DNA of 64,000 nucleotides from a virus (lineage: Duplodnaviria; Caudoviricetes). Below, piece after piece: positions 44,464 to 54,125 of the stretch. A program made the translations under genes and the position numbers. Position 1 is the stretch's first letter. Each line of letters starts with the position of its first letter. The stretch lies in IMG/VR virus record IMGVR_UViG_3300044829_000002, positions 12,916 through 76,915 of that record, one strand, 5' to 3'. The notes under the pieces are model-generated. The model saw nothing but the letters and a program-made list of their open reading frames with translations, was not told where the DNA came from and did no database searches.

Positions 44464-45024
44464 CTAGGCGGCGAGCCAATCCTGATTGACGATGTATGAC
44501 GTCCAGTCCGACGGCTTGACCCGGCGACCGTCAGCCAGCGACGGCGACGGCTGATGCAACGCCCGATAGAGGAACGCGAACAGCGACGAGCACACCACAT
44601 GACCCGGCACCCCGGCTCCGTGCCAGTTGGACGCGAACAGCGACGGCAGGCCGAGCGCGTCCATCCCGTCGGCGGCGATGCCGACCCAGTCGTATTTGGT
44701 GCCGATCGTCTGCACCATGTTGTGCGCTAGCGCGTCCGACACCGGGTCGGTGAGCGGCTGATAGATGTTGGACATCATCAGTTTGGAGTTGAAATATCGG
44801 CGCATGTCCACCCAGCCGACGCCGCCTGGTCTGCCCTCAATGCCCCACGGGACACCGTCGGTCCAGTGATGGAACCCGGCGACGTGATTGCCGAGATTGG
44901 GCTTGTCTCGCAGACAGGCACCCCAGCGGATCATGCGGCCTGAGAACCCGGCCGAGCGGACGACGAACACGTGCCCTGGTTTGAGCTGTTCATACATCGG
45001 CAGTAGGTCCACCATCGCAGCCAC
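44464..45024 (-). CDS. permuted papain-like NlpC/P60 (YiiX/YebB-like) enzyme
   Basis: LKPGHVFVVR..NHVAG..IEG..IGTKYDW..VVCSSL..PSDW (His before Cys). Confidence 0.75.
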   Translation of the reverse strand: MAAMVDLLPMYEQLKPGHVFVVRSAGFSGRMIRWGACLRDKPNLGNHVAGFHHWTDGVPWGIEGRPGGVGWVDMRRYFNSKLMMSNIYQPLTDPVSDALAHNMVQTIGTKYDWVGIAADGMDALGLPSLFASNWHGAGVPGHVVCSSLFAFLYRALHQPSPSLADGRRVKPSDWTSYIVNQDWLAA

Positions 45025-45026
45025 TC

Positions 45027-45461
45027 CTATCGCCAGATTTTGTGCCGCACAATCAGACTGACATGACTTTGATCAATGCCGAACGCGTCCGCGATGACAT
45101 ATTGCGTCTCTGCGCCTGTCGCATAGCGGCGTCGGATCTCGTCAACTTGCTCGCGTGTGAGTTTTGCATATCCGTTGCTCTCGCCGGGGAAACTATTGCG
45201 GGCATCCCGACCACGGGCGTGGCGGTCAGCGACATTCTCTTGCTGCGTTCCCTCGTACAGATGTCCCGGCGCAGTGGAGATACACACCGGATTGTCGCAG
45301 TGATGATTGGCTTGATAGCCAGGACGCGGCAGTCGGCCCAGGTGGTCGATCAAGGCCACCTGATGAGCGAACGTGAATTGCCTGCCGAACCGCCACGCCT
45401 TCTGCCGGGCATATCCGTCACAGTTACGAGTGCCAGGGGCTTCGATGCATGCCGATGTCAT
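45027..45461 (-). CDS. HNH homing endonuclease with C-terminal HTH
   Basis: AHQVA..ANHHCDNPVCI..HLYEGTQQENVAD; GESNGYAKLTREQVDEIR..IADAFGIDQSHVSLI. Confidence 0.85.
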   Translation of the reverse strand: MTSACIEAPGTRNCDGYARQKAWRFGRQFTFAHQVALIDHLGRLPRPGYQANHHCDNPVCISTAPGHLYEGTQQENVADRHARGRDARNSFPGESNGYAKLTREQVDEIRRRYATGAETQYVIADAFGIDQSHVSLIVRHKIWR

Positions 45462-46081
45462 TACCAGTTCTCCGGCTGGCCGCTCGTGTTGCGGTCATGA
45501 TGTCTCCAGTACCAAGACTGCTCCGGTAGATGCACAATCCGGGCACCCGCTGCAACACAGCCTAATTCAAACCGCCAGTCCTCACCTCCGGCGATATCAC
45601 CCTCAGCCGGTGGCGTGAATCCAACAGCCTGCGCCAGCTCGGTCCGGCACAGCACCGTCATGGTGGTGTGGTGCGGGTTGGACGGGTCGAACACCTTGCC
45701 GAAATGGCCCAGCACATCCCACGATCGGGACGTGTCCCAGTAGGAGAACACGTAGTCGGCCACCATCTTGTGGGCGCAACCCAGCAGCCGTTCCAAGTGC
45801 TGCGGGTAGAACTCGTCATCGTCATCCAGGAAGGCCACCCACGGGGTGATCACCGGATCGAGTGCCCGTTGCCGGGTCGCCCAGGCCCCGTCATGGTCAC
45901 GGTCAACAGCTATCGAGATCGCGGCCGGTAGATGCGACTGCCGCAACGCACTGGACACAGCCAGAGGGAGCAGAGTGTCGGCTCGCGGCGGGATGGTAGG
46001 GATCACCACCGTCACCGCATCGTCGTCCATAGTGCCGATCCTCAGCAATTGAGCGCTGGCTTCCGCCGCGAGGCTTGTCAT
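45461..46081 (-). CDS. glycosyltransferase family 2
   Basis: VVIPTIPPR..GAWATRQRAL..WVAFLDDDDEF..GGEDW. Confidence 0.85.
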   Translation of the reverse strand: MTSLAAEASAQLLRIGTMDDDAVTVVIPTIPPRADTLLPLAVSSALRQSHLPAAISIAVDRDHDGAWATRQRALDPVITPWVAFLDDDDEFYPQHLERLLGCAHKMVADYVFSYWDTSRSWDVLGHFGKVFDPSNPHHTTMTVLCRTELAQAVGFTPPAEGDIAGGEDWRFELGCVAAGARIVHLPEQSWYWRHHDRNTSGQPENW

Positions 46082-46335
46082 GAGTACAGCGCTCCGCGCG
46101 CCTTGGACACGGCCCGCTGCAACTCTTCCGCCTCGTCCGGGTAGCGGTAAGGCACGCCGTGGAACACGAGGTTGATCGTGCCGATACGTACACCGTTCTC
46201 CTCGGATACGCCTGCGACATATTCGGCGACCCATGACAGGTCCATCGGCCCAAGTGGCGGCAGTGGCCTGATCGGTGGCGGGACGAAATATTCAGGCATT
46301 GCCTGCTCCGAACGCAACATAGTCATGGTCCCCAT
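46078..46335 (-). CDS. hypothetical protein
   Basis: overlapping ORF between the dehydrogenase and GT2 genes. Confidence 0.5.
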   Translation of the reverse strand: MGTMTMLRSEQAMPEYFVPPPIRPLPPLGPMDLSWVAEYVAGVSEENGVRIGTINLVFHGVPYRYPDEAEELQRAVSKARGALYS

Positions 46336-47488
46336 CAGCGAGGTACGGGTGGCAGCGCCACAGATCGATCACGCGGGCACCCGGTTTCAACGTGCCCCGG
46401 AGATCCAGGCCGACCAGCGGCAGCGCGAGCACGACGATGTCAGCCTCAGCCTCATGAGCCTCGACCAAATTACCTCGCGCCAGCTCGTACGCGAGCCGGT
46501 CGCCGAACGAGTCGATCCTGTACCCGGTGCCCGTCTTGTAGGAGCGGCCCAGCACGGCGAACGTCTTACCGGCCAGCTCGGTGAACGTCAACCCGCCGAG
46601 CGCCAAATGCCGGACCCAGGCCAGATGCTCCTCGTTCATCGCGTGAGTGACCGCGCCGAGCGAACCACCGGCAGCAGCGTAGGCATGCCCGTCACGCGGC
46701 AGACACGGCCCGCCGAACCCGGCACCAGGAGTCATGGCCTTGTGACCGATCAAGGACTGAGCCGTCAACGCGGCTACCACGTCGTCGGCGTTGGCACCGC
46801 GCTCATGACACATACGCCCGATCTGATTGGCGAAATTGATCTTCAACGTGGCGAACACATTAGTTGCCAGCTTGGCGATCTCAGCCGACTCATAGGACAT
46901 GATCATCGGCCGCGACTTCGGAGCCACCTTGCGCAGAATCGCCGACACCACGTTCGCCGCGATCGGATTCTCATCCCCGATGATCTGCACTTCCGCCGCC
47001 CGCAAATCCTGGATCACACTGCCCAATGCGATCAAGGTAGGGCAGTAGATCAAGACCTGTTTCAACGAACGGGCCAACGGCAGCAGCGTGTCCCGGCACG
47101 CACCCGGCGAGACCGTGGACACCACACCCACGATGCACCGCTCCACCGTCCGACTAGGACCGAGATCCTTCATGGCCTGCTCGACATAGTCAGTGACGAA
47201 CTTCCCCTCCAGCGACGGTGTCGGCACGACGATGAACACCACGTCGGCGTGCTCCAGCATGTCCCGAGGCCGCGTCAACAGCAACGCATCAGGCAGGAAA
47301 GAATCCGCATACGGCTCCTGGAGACGCGTCCGGCCCACCTTCACTTCCTCTCGCACTGCCGGGTCGCTGTCCCATGCCAACACGTCCGCATCAGATGCGG
47401 CCAGAGTGAGCGCGAACGGCAGACCAAGTTTTCCGAGCCCGAGAACTCCGACGATGGGCCTACTCAACAGCTTGTCTCCTATCTTCAT
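46292..47488 (-). CDS. UDP-glucose/GDP-mannose 6-dehydrogenase family protein
   Basis: GLGKLGLP Rossmann; VVPTPS; STVSPG; AEIAKLATN; GFGGPCLPRD (catalytic Cys); GRSYK. Confidence 0.9.
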   Translation of the reverse strand: MKIGDKLLSRPIVGVLGLGKLGLPFALTLAASDADVLAWDSDPAVREEVKVGRTRLQEPYADSFLPDALLLTRPRDMLEHADVVFIVVPTPSLEGKFVTDYVEQAMKDLGPSRTVERCIVGVVSTVSPGACRDTLLPLARSLKQVLIYCPTLIALGSVIQDLRAAEVQIIGDENPIAANVVSAILRKVAPKSRPMIMSYESAEIAKLATNVFATLKINFANQIGRMCHERGANADDVVAALTAQSLIGHKAMTPGAGFGGPCLPRDGHAYAAAGGSLGAVTHAMNEEHLAWVRHLALGGLTFTELAGKTFAVLGRSYKTGTGYRIDSFGDRLAYELARGNLVEAHEAEADIVVLALPLVGLDLRGTLKPGARVIDLWRCHPYLADGDHDYVAFGAGNA

Positions 47489-47697
47489 CGCGGGTATCTC
47501 AAGGGGTACCCGTAGATCAAAGGCACGTCATAAGACATCGGCAGCGGCTTGCCTATTGGACTCTCCCACAACTTCATGATCTCAATGCCCAGTGTCGTCT
47601 CGGTACACCAGTGAGGCCCGCAGCAAATCGACACAGGACATTCGTCCAGAACACAAAACGGCTCAGTTGGATCAAGCGCCATGAATCGCTCAGTCAT
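47485..47697 (-). CDS. hypothetical Cys-containing protein
   Basis: overlapping start/stop codons with neighbours. Confidence 0.45.
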   Translation of the reverse strand: MTERFMALDPTEPFCVLDECPVSICCGPHWCTETTLGIEIMKLWESPIGKPLPMSYDVPLIYGYPLRYPR

Positions 47698-48157
47698 GAC
47701 GGCGTAGATGCTCTCTCTTGAAACGCTGGCGTTCATTCTTACATGTCCGGCATGACCGCCAGCCGCGCTTGTCAACGCTAGTGTTTCTCTCATCGAATTG
47801 ATGTCCACGCAGACAGTGTGTTCTACGTTCATTCCCGTTCGTTCGATGACGCCCCTTAGTCAGGCAGTCGTGCATATTGTCAGTTTGCGTGCCGAGCCAT
47901 AGATGATCATCGGCCCAGCACGGCGGGTTGTCACAGCGGTGTAGGACGTGGGGAGTCTCAGGCGGGATTGGGCCATGCCGTTCGATCCACGCGAGGCGGT
48001 GGACAAGATAAGTCTTGCCCTTGATTCTGACTTGCCCATAGCCGTCCTGGGTCGTTGTACATCTGTCCCATACGAGGCACGGCGTGTCGAGCGGGCCACT
48101 CTGCTCGTGAGACGTCAGCAGCAGTCGGTCAGCCGAGTTCGTGGAGTCGGTCTGCAC
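47690..48157 (-). CDS. HNH homing endonuclease
   Basis: GYGQV..VHRLAW..VLHRCDNPPCWADDHLWLGTQTDN; THCLRGH..CRTC. Confidence 0.85.
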   Translation of the reverse strand: MQTDSTNSADRLLLTSHEQSGPLDTPCLVWDRCTTTQDGYGQVRIKGKTYLVHRLAWIERHGPIPPETPHVLHRCDNPPCWADDHLWLGTQTDNMHDCLTKGRHRTNGNERRTHCLRGHQFDERNTSVDKRGWRSCRTCKNERQRFKREHLRRHD

Positions 48158-48800
48158 CGCGACCTCCCGTGTTTCCTTTGGCCCCGGATTCAGCGGGCCT
48201 TATCGAGTACCGCCAAGTCTTGATGCCGCAAGCATGATAGAACCTCGCCCCTGCATCCAACATGCGGATCAGCGCCAGGTAGTCTTCGCATTCGCCGCTG
48301 AACGGCACGCGCATGCTGTACGGCTGAGGGAACCCGCCAGCCTTCCGAATCGTCGCCGTCCTCACCAGATACGTGACAGGCACGAAATTGCCGACCCTGC
48401 GCAGCCATAGCGCTTGTTTCGGCCCGAACGGAATATTGATCGGCTCAGCCACCAACTTGCCGTTGTCGTCACAGCAGGCCAGCGGGTCACGCCCACCGAT
48501 GATCTCCGGGTAACTGAACACCATGTCCGCGCCTGTCCGGTTCGCTGCCTTGACGAGCACTCGCAGATGGTTCGGCTTGAATTCGTCGTCGTCGTCAAGA
48601 AAGGCAACCCAATCCGTCGTTACTCGCTCCAAGGCTTTGTTGCGCGTGGTCGCCGCACCCTCCCGCTCCGTGTCGAGTTGGACGACGATGTCGCCGGGTG
48701 GCGCCTGCTGATTGCGGACCGAGTCCAGCGCTAATTCGAGCAAGGTCTCCCGGCCGGGAATCGTCGGAATCAGCACGGTCACATCGGATGCGCGGATCAT
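48129..48800 (-). CDS. glycosyltransferase family 2
   Basis: VLIPTIPGRETLL..GAATTRNKAL..WVAFLDDDDEF..ECEDY. Confidence 0.85.
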   Translation of the reverse strand: MIRASDVTVLIPTIPGRETLLELALDSVRNQQAPPGDIVVQLDTEREGAATTRNKALERVTTDWVAFLDDDDEFKPNHLRVLVKAANRTGADMVFSYPEIIGGRDPLACCDDNGKLVAEPINIPFGPKQALWLRRVGNFVPVTYLVRTATIRKAGGFPQPYSMRVPFSGECEDYLALIRMLDAGARFYHACGIKTWRYSIRPAESGAKGNTGGRGADRLHELG

Positions 48801-48988
48801 CGAACGGTTCGGTCAATCAATACGTACGGGGCAACCTCATTGGACTGCCCCGGCAGCTCCCGCAGCACCATGCCGTGCGACTGCGCCAGTTCGCTCAACT
48901 CGCCCAGGTCCACTTCATCCACGATGCCGGACCACGGCAGCCCCTGGCTCACTCGGTTGGTTATCAGTTTCCGCTCTTGATCGTTCAC
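48797..48988 (-). CDS. hypothetical protein
   Basis: GTG start, RBS GAGGAGG. Confidence 0.55.
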   Translation of the reverse strand: MNDQERKLITNRVSQGLPWSGIVDEVDLGELSELAQSHGMVLRELPGQSNEVAPYVLIDRTVR

Positions 48989-49329
48989 GTGTCCTCCTCG
49001 GAGTCGAGCCGTTGCCATTCCCAGTCGGCGAACGGCGCGTGTAGCCGGTAGCGGCCGGGTGTCATCCCTGCGCCGTAGTAGCCAGCGTGTTTGCCAGCAG
49101 CGCAATCGAGTAGCGCGTTATCAATGCGCTCCCGCAGCGGGTGTTTCACGGAGTAGCCGTCACCAGCGATAGTGACAAGGTGCTCCGTCTCAGGCTCGTT
49201 CAAAATCTTCTGTGCGGCGTCCGGGTCGGGGCAGGCCGGGTCACTACACATGATCTTGATGCCGTGCGCGGTGTAAAGCGTCTCGCCGCAGCCGAGCGGA
49301 CAGTATCCGGCAATTTTCATGCCACTCAC
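48985..49329 (-). CDS. DUF6085-like actinophage protein
   Basis: GYCPLGCGETL..C..PACPDP..HLV..HPLRER. Confidence 0.65.
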   Translation of the reverse strand: MSGMKIAGYCPLGCGETLYTAHGIKIMCSDPACPDPDAAQKILNEPETEHLVTIAGDGYSVKHPLRERIDNALLDCAAGKHAGYYGAGMTPGRYRLHAPFADWEWQRLDSEEDT

Positions 49330-49538
49330 TCGATTCGATAATCAGCAGTACCGGCCCAGGCGGTCACTGTGCCGGTTACGGTGCGATAGGCAGCGGTCAT
49401 GTGGACTGATAGGCGGCGGCAATGATATTCACCGAACCATTGCCGTGCCTGTCTGTCGGCGTCTGCTAATGCAGAGACTCGGTCGGACCCAACGCATTGC
49501 ACGGTCAGATACTCCAGTGAATCAATTATCAGTGTCAT
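49326..49538 (-). CDS. hypothetical protein
   Basis: overlap pattern with neighbours. Confidence 0.45.
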   Translation of the reverse strand: MTLIIDSLEYLTVQCVGSDRVSALADADRQARQWFGEYHCRRLSVHMTAAYRTVTGTVTAWAGTADYRIE

Positions 49539-49758
49539 CCTCGATCTCCGCTCGTGCGTTCAGCCACGGTGTGCCCTGTGCCCGGAGTTGCCGCAACCAC
49601 GCGAACAGCGCGCCGGAATGATCTTCCAGTGCCTCGTCGCGTATCCACGCCAGCGTCATCAGACATGTTTCGCAGACGAACTCGGTGCGAAACTCGATCG
49701 CATTGTGTACCAGCACCGCCGAGTGCGACCACGGCGCGCACGTCTCACCCTTGACCAT
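49522..49758 (-). CDS. hypothetical protein
   Basis: CxxC motif; overlap pattern. Confidence 0.45.
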   Translation of the reverse strand: MVKGETCAPWSHSAVLVHNAIEFRTEFVCETCLMTLAWIRDEALEDHSGALFAWLRQLRAQGTPWLNARAEIEDDTDN

Positions 49759-49948
49759 GAGCGGACTGAGTCAGGTCGCTCAGCTCGGCCACCCGAAATC
49801 GCACGGTGGTCCGGTGCTTGACCGGGTCGTAGTCGGCCTCGACGGCGACGGCGAACGCCTGATAGTTCAGCGGTCCCATCACCGCACCGATCACGGTTTC
49901 TCGGACGTCGCCCCGGTACTTGGCGTTTCCAGGCAGTAACGCTGTCAT
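49745..49948 (-). CDS. hypothetical protein
   Basis: RBS AAGGAG; own promoter/operator upstream. Confidence 0.6.
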   Translation of the reverse strand: MTALLPGNAKYRGDVRETVIGAVMGPLNYQAFAVAVEADYDPVKHRTTVRFRVAELSDLTQSAHGQG

Positions 49949-49966
49949 GCGGGCTATCTCCCTTGC

Positions 49967-49990
49967 GGTCGTGTGCGGTACGACACTACC
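49967..49990 (-). promoter_or_regulatory. operator GGTCG-N9-CGACA (49967-49985) overlapping -10 TAGTGT
   Basis: abuts the stop of the SAM methyltransferase gene. Confidence 0.6.
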
Positions 49991-50759
49991 GCTTCATGCG
50001 TAACGTTGCTGCTAAGTAGCGGCGATTCGGCGTCAGATACGTCACCGACTCCACATCGAACCACTCACCGAATCGCTCAACCAGCCGAGCCTCGTCATAC
50101 CAATCCGCCCACATGCCAACCTCATCGAACGCACGCAGGAACGTCTCACGCATCGGATCATCCGTCACATCATGCGGCGGCTCCGTACCGGTGTACAGCC
50201 GCCACCCTTCATCGGAATACACCATCAGGCGAACCTCACCCAGCGATTGGAGCAGCCCCGCGAATCGTTGCATCGTAGGGATCGGCTGGCGGATATGGTG
50301 CAGCACTCCGGCGCAATGCACCACGTCCACATCCTTGGGCAAGCGGCTGCTGTAGCTCTCAGGCATGACGGTGCTTCCGGCCGGTTCGTAGCCGTACAGC
50401 CGCAGCACCCGCTCAGCTAGTCGCACGTTGGACTCAACGATGTCGGCCAGCCAAACCTCATTGCCAGCCTTGGCGTATTGCAGCGCCTCGACGCCGATCC
50501 CGCAGCCATAGTCGAGTACGTGGGCGTCACGGGTGACATCGAGCTTCAACGCGGACCGCCACAATCCTTCGTGATTGCGCCACCCGGTGTAGCGGGTGAC
50601 CTCCAGCGTGTCGATCACATTCCGCAGCGCGACATCGTCCAGTTGCAGCAACTCCGCCGACGACACGTAGCCAACATCATCTACTGGGATTCTGACCCAT
50701 TCACGCACGGCGACATGGTCGGTCAGAATCAATGACTTCTCTGGGTCCATCCGGTACAT
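49986..50759 (-). CDS. class I SAM-dependent methyltransferase
   Basis: VLDYGCGIG; LADI; DVVHCAGVLHHI. Confidence 0.85.
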   Translation of the reverse strand: MYRMDPEKSLILTDHVAVREWVRIPVDDVGYVSSAELLQLDDVALRNVIDTLEVTRYTGWRNHEGLWRSALKLDVTRDAHVLDYGCGIGVEALQYAKAGNEVWLADIVESNVRLAERVLRLYGYEPAGSTVMPESYSSRLPKDVDVVHCAGVLHHIRQPIPTMQRFAGLLQSLGEVRLMVYSDEGWRLYTGTEPPHDVTDDPMRETFLRAFDEVGMWADWYDEARLVERFGEWFDVESVTYLTPNRRYLAATLRMKR

Positions 50760-50761
50760 GA

Positions 50762-52018
50762 TCAGGTCTCCCTGGCGGGCTTGCCGCCCTTGCCGATGAT
50801 CTCTAGATGGGGGAGCGGGAAGATCAGTTTGCCGCCTGAGTTCAGATAGCGTTTCTCCCGCTCGATGATTTGCGACCGAAACCACCACGGCCCAATTAAC
50901 ATATAGGCCGGTTTACGGTCACGCGCCTCAGCCTCGCTGATGATCGGCACGCCGACCGCCGAGAACATCTTGCCCACCTTGTCAGGGTTGCGCTCCACCG
51001 CGAACCGGCAGTCAAGCTCATCTACCTGTGCGGCCTGCCAGATCACGGCACCACGCGTGGATGCGGCGTACAGGTAGCACTCTTGATTCCGACGGTTGAT
51101 GCGGTCTAGCAGCGCACGCAGCTTGGATAACTCGGCATATGCGCGTCGCCCGAACTCTTGATAAGTGTGAGGCTCGTTCAGCTTGGCGACCCGTTCCAGC
51201 TTCAATTGCGCATCCACGCTGCTGTTCGGGTGGAACCATGCGTCCTTGCTGGCGACCACAGTGCGGAACGAGCCGCCGTTGATGTCTGACGTCTGCACAT
51301 CCAGCACTTGCATGCCGTGTCGGTCCAGCAGGTTCACCAGCGCGGCCAGCGACCAGTAGGTGATGTGCTCGTGGCAGATGTTGTCCAGCGAGTTGGCTTC
51401 CAGCATCGCCTTGACATAGTTCTGCTGAATGACCCAGATCCCGTTCGGTGCCAACACCTTGGCGACTTGAGTAACGAACTCGCCCGGATCGTCCACGTCG
51501 TAGAACATGCTGATCGATGTGACGACATCAAACCGGGTGTCAGTCACGGCCGGGATCACGTCCCGCTCGTAGGTCATCACAGCCTGCTCGGAGAAATAGT
51601 CCGAGATCACGCGGTCGGCGTGCTTCAAAGCCAGCTCGCCGAACTTCTCCACCGGATCGATGCCGACACGATAGATGCGCTGCGGCACGAACGAAAGCAA
51701 CGTGCCGTCATTGGACGCGATGTCAAGCCAGTTGGTCGCGTTCGGCTTCCAGGACAATGCCTGAATCACCGCCGATTCCAGATCCTTGACGATGCCCTCG
51801 TTCACACCGCTATAGAACCCGTAGTCATCCCGGTACAGCAGCTCGCGTGGTGCCGTCTCGCTCAACTGCACCAGATGACAATGCATGCATATCTGTAGGC
51901 ACAGCGGAAACTTCGGTGGCTTGGAGTCGTCATCCCGGAATGCTGAGAGGTACTGATCTCCCAGATCCAACAGGTCGATGAGCATATCTGACCCGCAAGC
52001 CCTGCACACAGTTCCCAT
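50762..52018 (-). CDS. NDP-hexose C-methyltransferase (zinc-finger N-terminus)
   Basis: CRACGS..LDLGDQ..C..CHLVQL; LDIASNDGTLL; NSLDNICHEHITYWS; YAASTRG..; IFPLP. Confidence 0.9.
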   Translation of the reverse strand: MGTVCRACGSDMLIDLLDLGDQYLSAFRDDDSKPPKFPLCLQICMHCHLVQLSETAPRELLYRDDYGFYSGVNEGIVKDLESAVIQALSWKPNATNWLDIASNDGTLLSFVPQRIYRVGIDPVEKFGELALKHADRVISDYFSEQAVMTYERDVIPAVTDTRFDVVTSISMFYDVDDPGEFVTQVAKVLAPNGIWVIQQNYVKAMLEANSLDNICHEHITYWSLAALVNLLDRHGMQVLDVQTSDINGGSFRTVVASKDAWFHPNSSVDAQLKLERVAKLNEPHTYQEFGRRAYAELSKLRALLDRINRRNQECYLYAASTRGAVIWQAAQVDELDCRFAVERNPDKVGKMFSAVGVPIISEAEARDRKPAYMLIGPWWFRSQIIEREKRYLNSGGKLIFPLPHLEIIGKGGKPARET

Positions 52019-52899
52019 CAGTGCCGCCAGTAGTCGAGTAGGCCGGTGAGCATCGTGTCGAGATCAATTTCCGGCTCCCAGCCGGTGGCATCGTGCAGTT
52101 TCTTGGTTGATGCGGTGAAGTTGTTACCCGGTGCCTTCCTGTGAAGGTGCTCGTCCAGCTTGGTCGGCACCGTCACTCCCGCCAATTCGATCATGCGGTT
52201 GACGTAGGCCTGCATCGTCCACGTCCGGCCGCGTGCCACGTTGTAGATTCCCGGCTCCAAGTCGATCGCCAGCCGGTAGGCACGCACCACGTCCCGCACG
52301 TCACTGAAATCGCGGTAGGCGTCCAGGTTGCCGTGCGTGAACACCGGCTCCCGGCCTGCCGCGACATCGGCGATGCGGCGGGCGAACGCGGGCAACGCGT
52401 ACGTGGATGACTGGGCCGCGCCGGTGTGATTGAACGCCCGCGTGATCACCACGTGCATGCCGTACTGCCACGAGTAGGCCAGCCCGAACGCGGTGGCACC
52501 GGCCTTGGACGCGCCGTAGGGTGTCGTCGGCCGGGTCGGCGAATCTTCCGTGATCAGTGCGTGGCTGTAGCCGTACTCCTCCGACGTGCCAGCCAGCAGC
52601 ACCCGCGCATGACTGCCCAACTGGCGTACAGCTTCCAGCACGTTGACCGTGCCGAGCACGTTGACGTCCACCGTCCGCAGCGGGTCGGACACCGACTCGG
52701 CCACGTACGCCTGCGCCGCCAGGTGAAACAAGAGATCAGGCTGGTACAGATCGACCGCCGCCCGCACGTCTTCATACGAGCGAATGTCCCGCCCGTCGGT
52801 CAGGTCGAACCCGTGGCAGTGAACACCCTCAGCGGTCAGCAAGGCGACGAGCTGCCGACCGGCGAACCCTGCGTGCCCGGTTATGAGCGCCGTGGTCAT
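52018..52899 (-). CDS. extended SDR NDP-sugar reductase/dehydratase (Rmd/Gmd-like)
   Basis: ITGHAGFAG; HLAAQAYV; GTSEEYG; PYGASK; RAFNHTG; GNLDAYRDFSDVRDVVRAY; TGWEP. Confidence 0.9.
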   Translation of the reverse strand: MTTALITGHAGFAGRQLVALLTAEGVHCHGFDLTDGRDIRSYEDVRAAVDLYQPDLLFHLAAQAYVAESVSDPLRTVDVNVLGTVNVLEAVRQLGSHARVLLAGTSEEYGYSHALITEDSPTRPTTPYGASKAGATAFGLAYSWQYGMHVVITRAFNHTGAAQSSTYALPAFARRIADVAAGREPVFTHGNLDAYRDFSDVRDVVRAYRLAIDLEPGIYNVARGRTWTMQAYVNRMIELAGVTVPTKLDEHLHRKAPGNNFTASTKKLHDATGWEPEIDLDTMLTGLLDYWRH

Positions 52900-53210
52900 A
52901 TCTGTAGGTATTCCAGCCAGTCGTCCACGCGTTGCGCGTGGGCTTTCACGATGTCGGCCAGGCTGTAGATCTCGTTCACAATGTCGGAGTCGTTAGACAC
53001 AGGGATCATCTGACCGGCATCGGCAATACCTGATGGGAGTGGCTGCTTGATAGTGGCGAGTGCTGGACGGAGTCGGCCTGCCAGTGTCTCCAATTGCGAC
53101 CCGTGCTGTTCGATCACCACGGCGAGATCTCGCAGCGCAGTCTCCAACCGACCACCGTGAGCAGTTGTGAGACTTGGGTCGTGCTTGATCGTTTCCTGTG
53201 CTTCCCTCAT
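52896..53210 (-). CDS. hypothetical coiled-coil protein
   Basis: RBS AAAGGA; helical. Confidence 0.55.
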   Translation of the reverse strand: MREAQETIKHDPSLTTAHGGRLETALRDLAVVIEQHGSQLETLAGRLRPALATIKQPLPSGIADAGQMIPVSNDSDIVNEIYSLADIVKAHAQRVDDWLEYLQI

Positions 53211-53230
53211 GATGCAATTCCTTTCCTAGA

Positions 53231-53464
53231 TCAGATCCATGCAGGCAGTGACCCGATGGTGTCCATAAGATCGCTCAGGAACTTCTCGGCCTGAGCCTGA
53301 GTCATGTTCACGCCGTCCTCCCACCACAAAGTCGTGATCGGCGTACCAGCCTGATCACGGCCCAACACCACGTAGTAGCCGGGATTGTTCACATCGGCCG
53401 CGACGTCCATGCTGTACACCAGATCGAGATTGACCCACGCCTGACTCTTATCCTTGATCCACAT
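53231..53464 (-). CDS. hypothetical protein
   Basis: ATG at 53464 after GGAAGG. Confidence 0.55.
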   Translation of the reverse strand: MWIKDKSQAWVNLDLVYSMDVAADVNNPGYYVVLGRDQAGTPITTLWWEDGVNMTQAQAEKFLSDLMDTIGSLPAWI

Positions 53465-54125
53465 TTCGCGTCGCCTTCCACTCGTTGATTTGCCGGACGC
53501 TGCGGGCGAGCCCGTTTTGGACAGGTGCGCTTTCCCACTGACTCGGGGAGCTTTGCCTGATGCGGCCTTCCCTGTACGTGTCGTCATCGTTGCAGCCTGT
53601 CATGTCAAACCGATCATGCCGAACCTGCACGTCCGGCAGGTATTGGATCGTGCCGGTCAGTCGGCCTACTTCCTGCCAATACGTGTCGCAGTGCTGCGTG
53701 TAGGGACTCATGCCGCCGACAACCTCAATGGCCTCGCGGCGGATCACGGGGAAGGTGCACAGCATGGGTGAGTGCCCTTCGCTGTACAGATCCGCGACCA
53801 AGATGTTGGCCGGTAAAGCCTCGATCACAGCGTCCCATCCAGGGGTGAGCATCACGGCATCGTCATTCCAGAGCATGATCCAATCACCAGATGCCCGCGC
53901 GGCTAGCGCGTTGAAATATTCATTCAGTCGCGCATAGCCGTAACGCTCAGGGGCCACCCACACGGAATCGAAAGGCTCACGCACACACCGCGACGGCACT
54001 TCATCGTCAGGGTCCAGCGCTAGCAGTATCTCAAGATCCCCTACATCGCTGGTCGCAATCAGAGACGCTAGCGACCGTTCCAGCAACTCAGGCCGCTTTC
54101 GCGTCGGCACCAGTACCGAGATCAC
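53448..54125 (-). CDS. glycosyltransferase family 2
   Basis: ISVLVPTRKRPELL..ALDPDD..MLWNDDA..HCDTYW. Confidence 0.85.
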   Translation of the reverse strand: MISVLVPTRKRPELLERSLASLIATSDVGDLEILLALDPDDEVPSRCVREPFDSVWVAPERYGYARLNEYFNALAARASGDWIMLWNDDAVMLTPGWDAVIEALPANILVADLYSEGHSPMLCTFPVIRREAIEVVGGMSPYTQHCDTYWQEVGRLTGTIQYLPDVQVRHDRFDMTGCNDDDTYREGRIRQSSPSQWESAPVQNGLARSVRQINEWKATRNVDQG

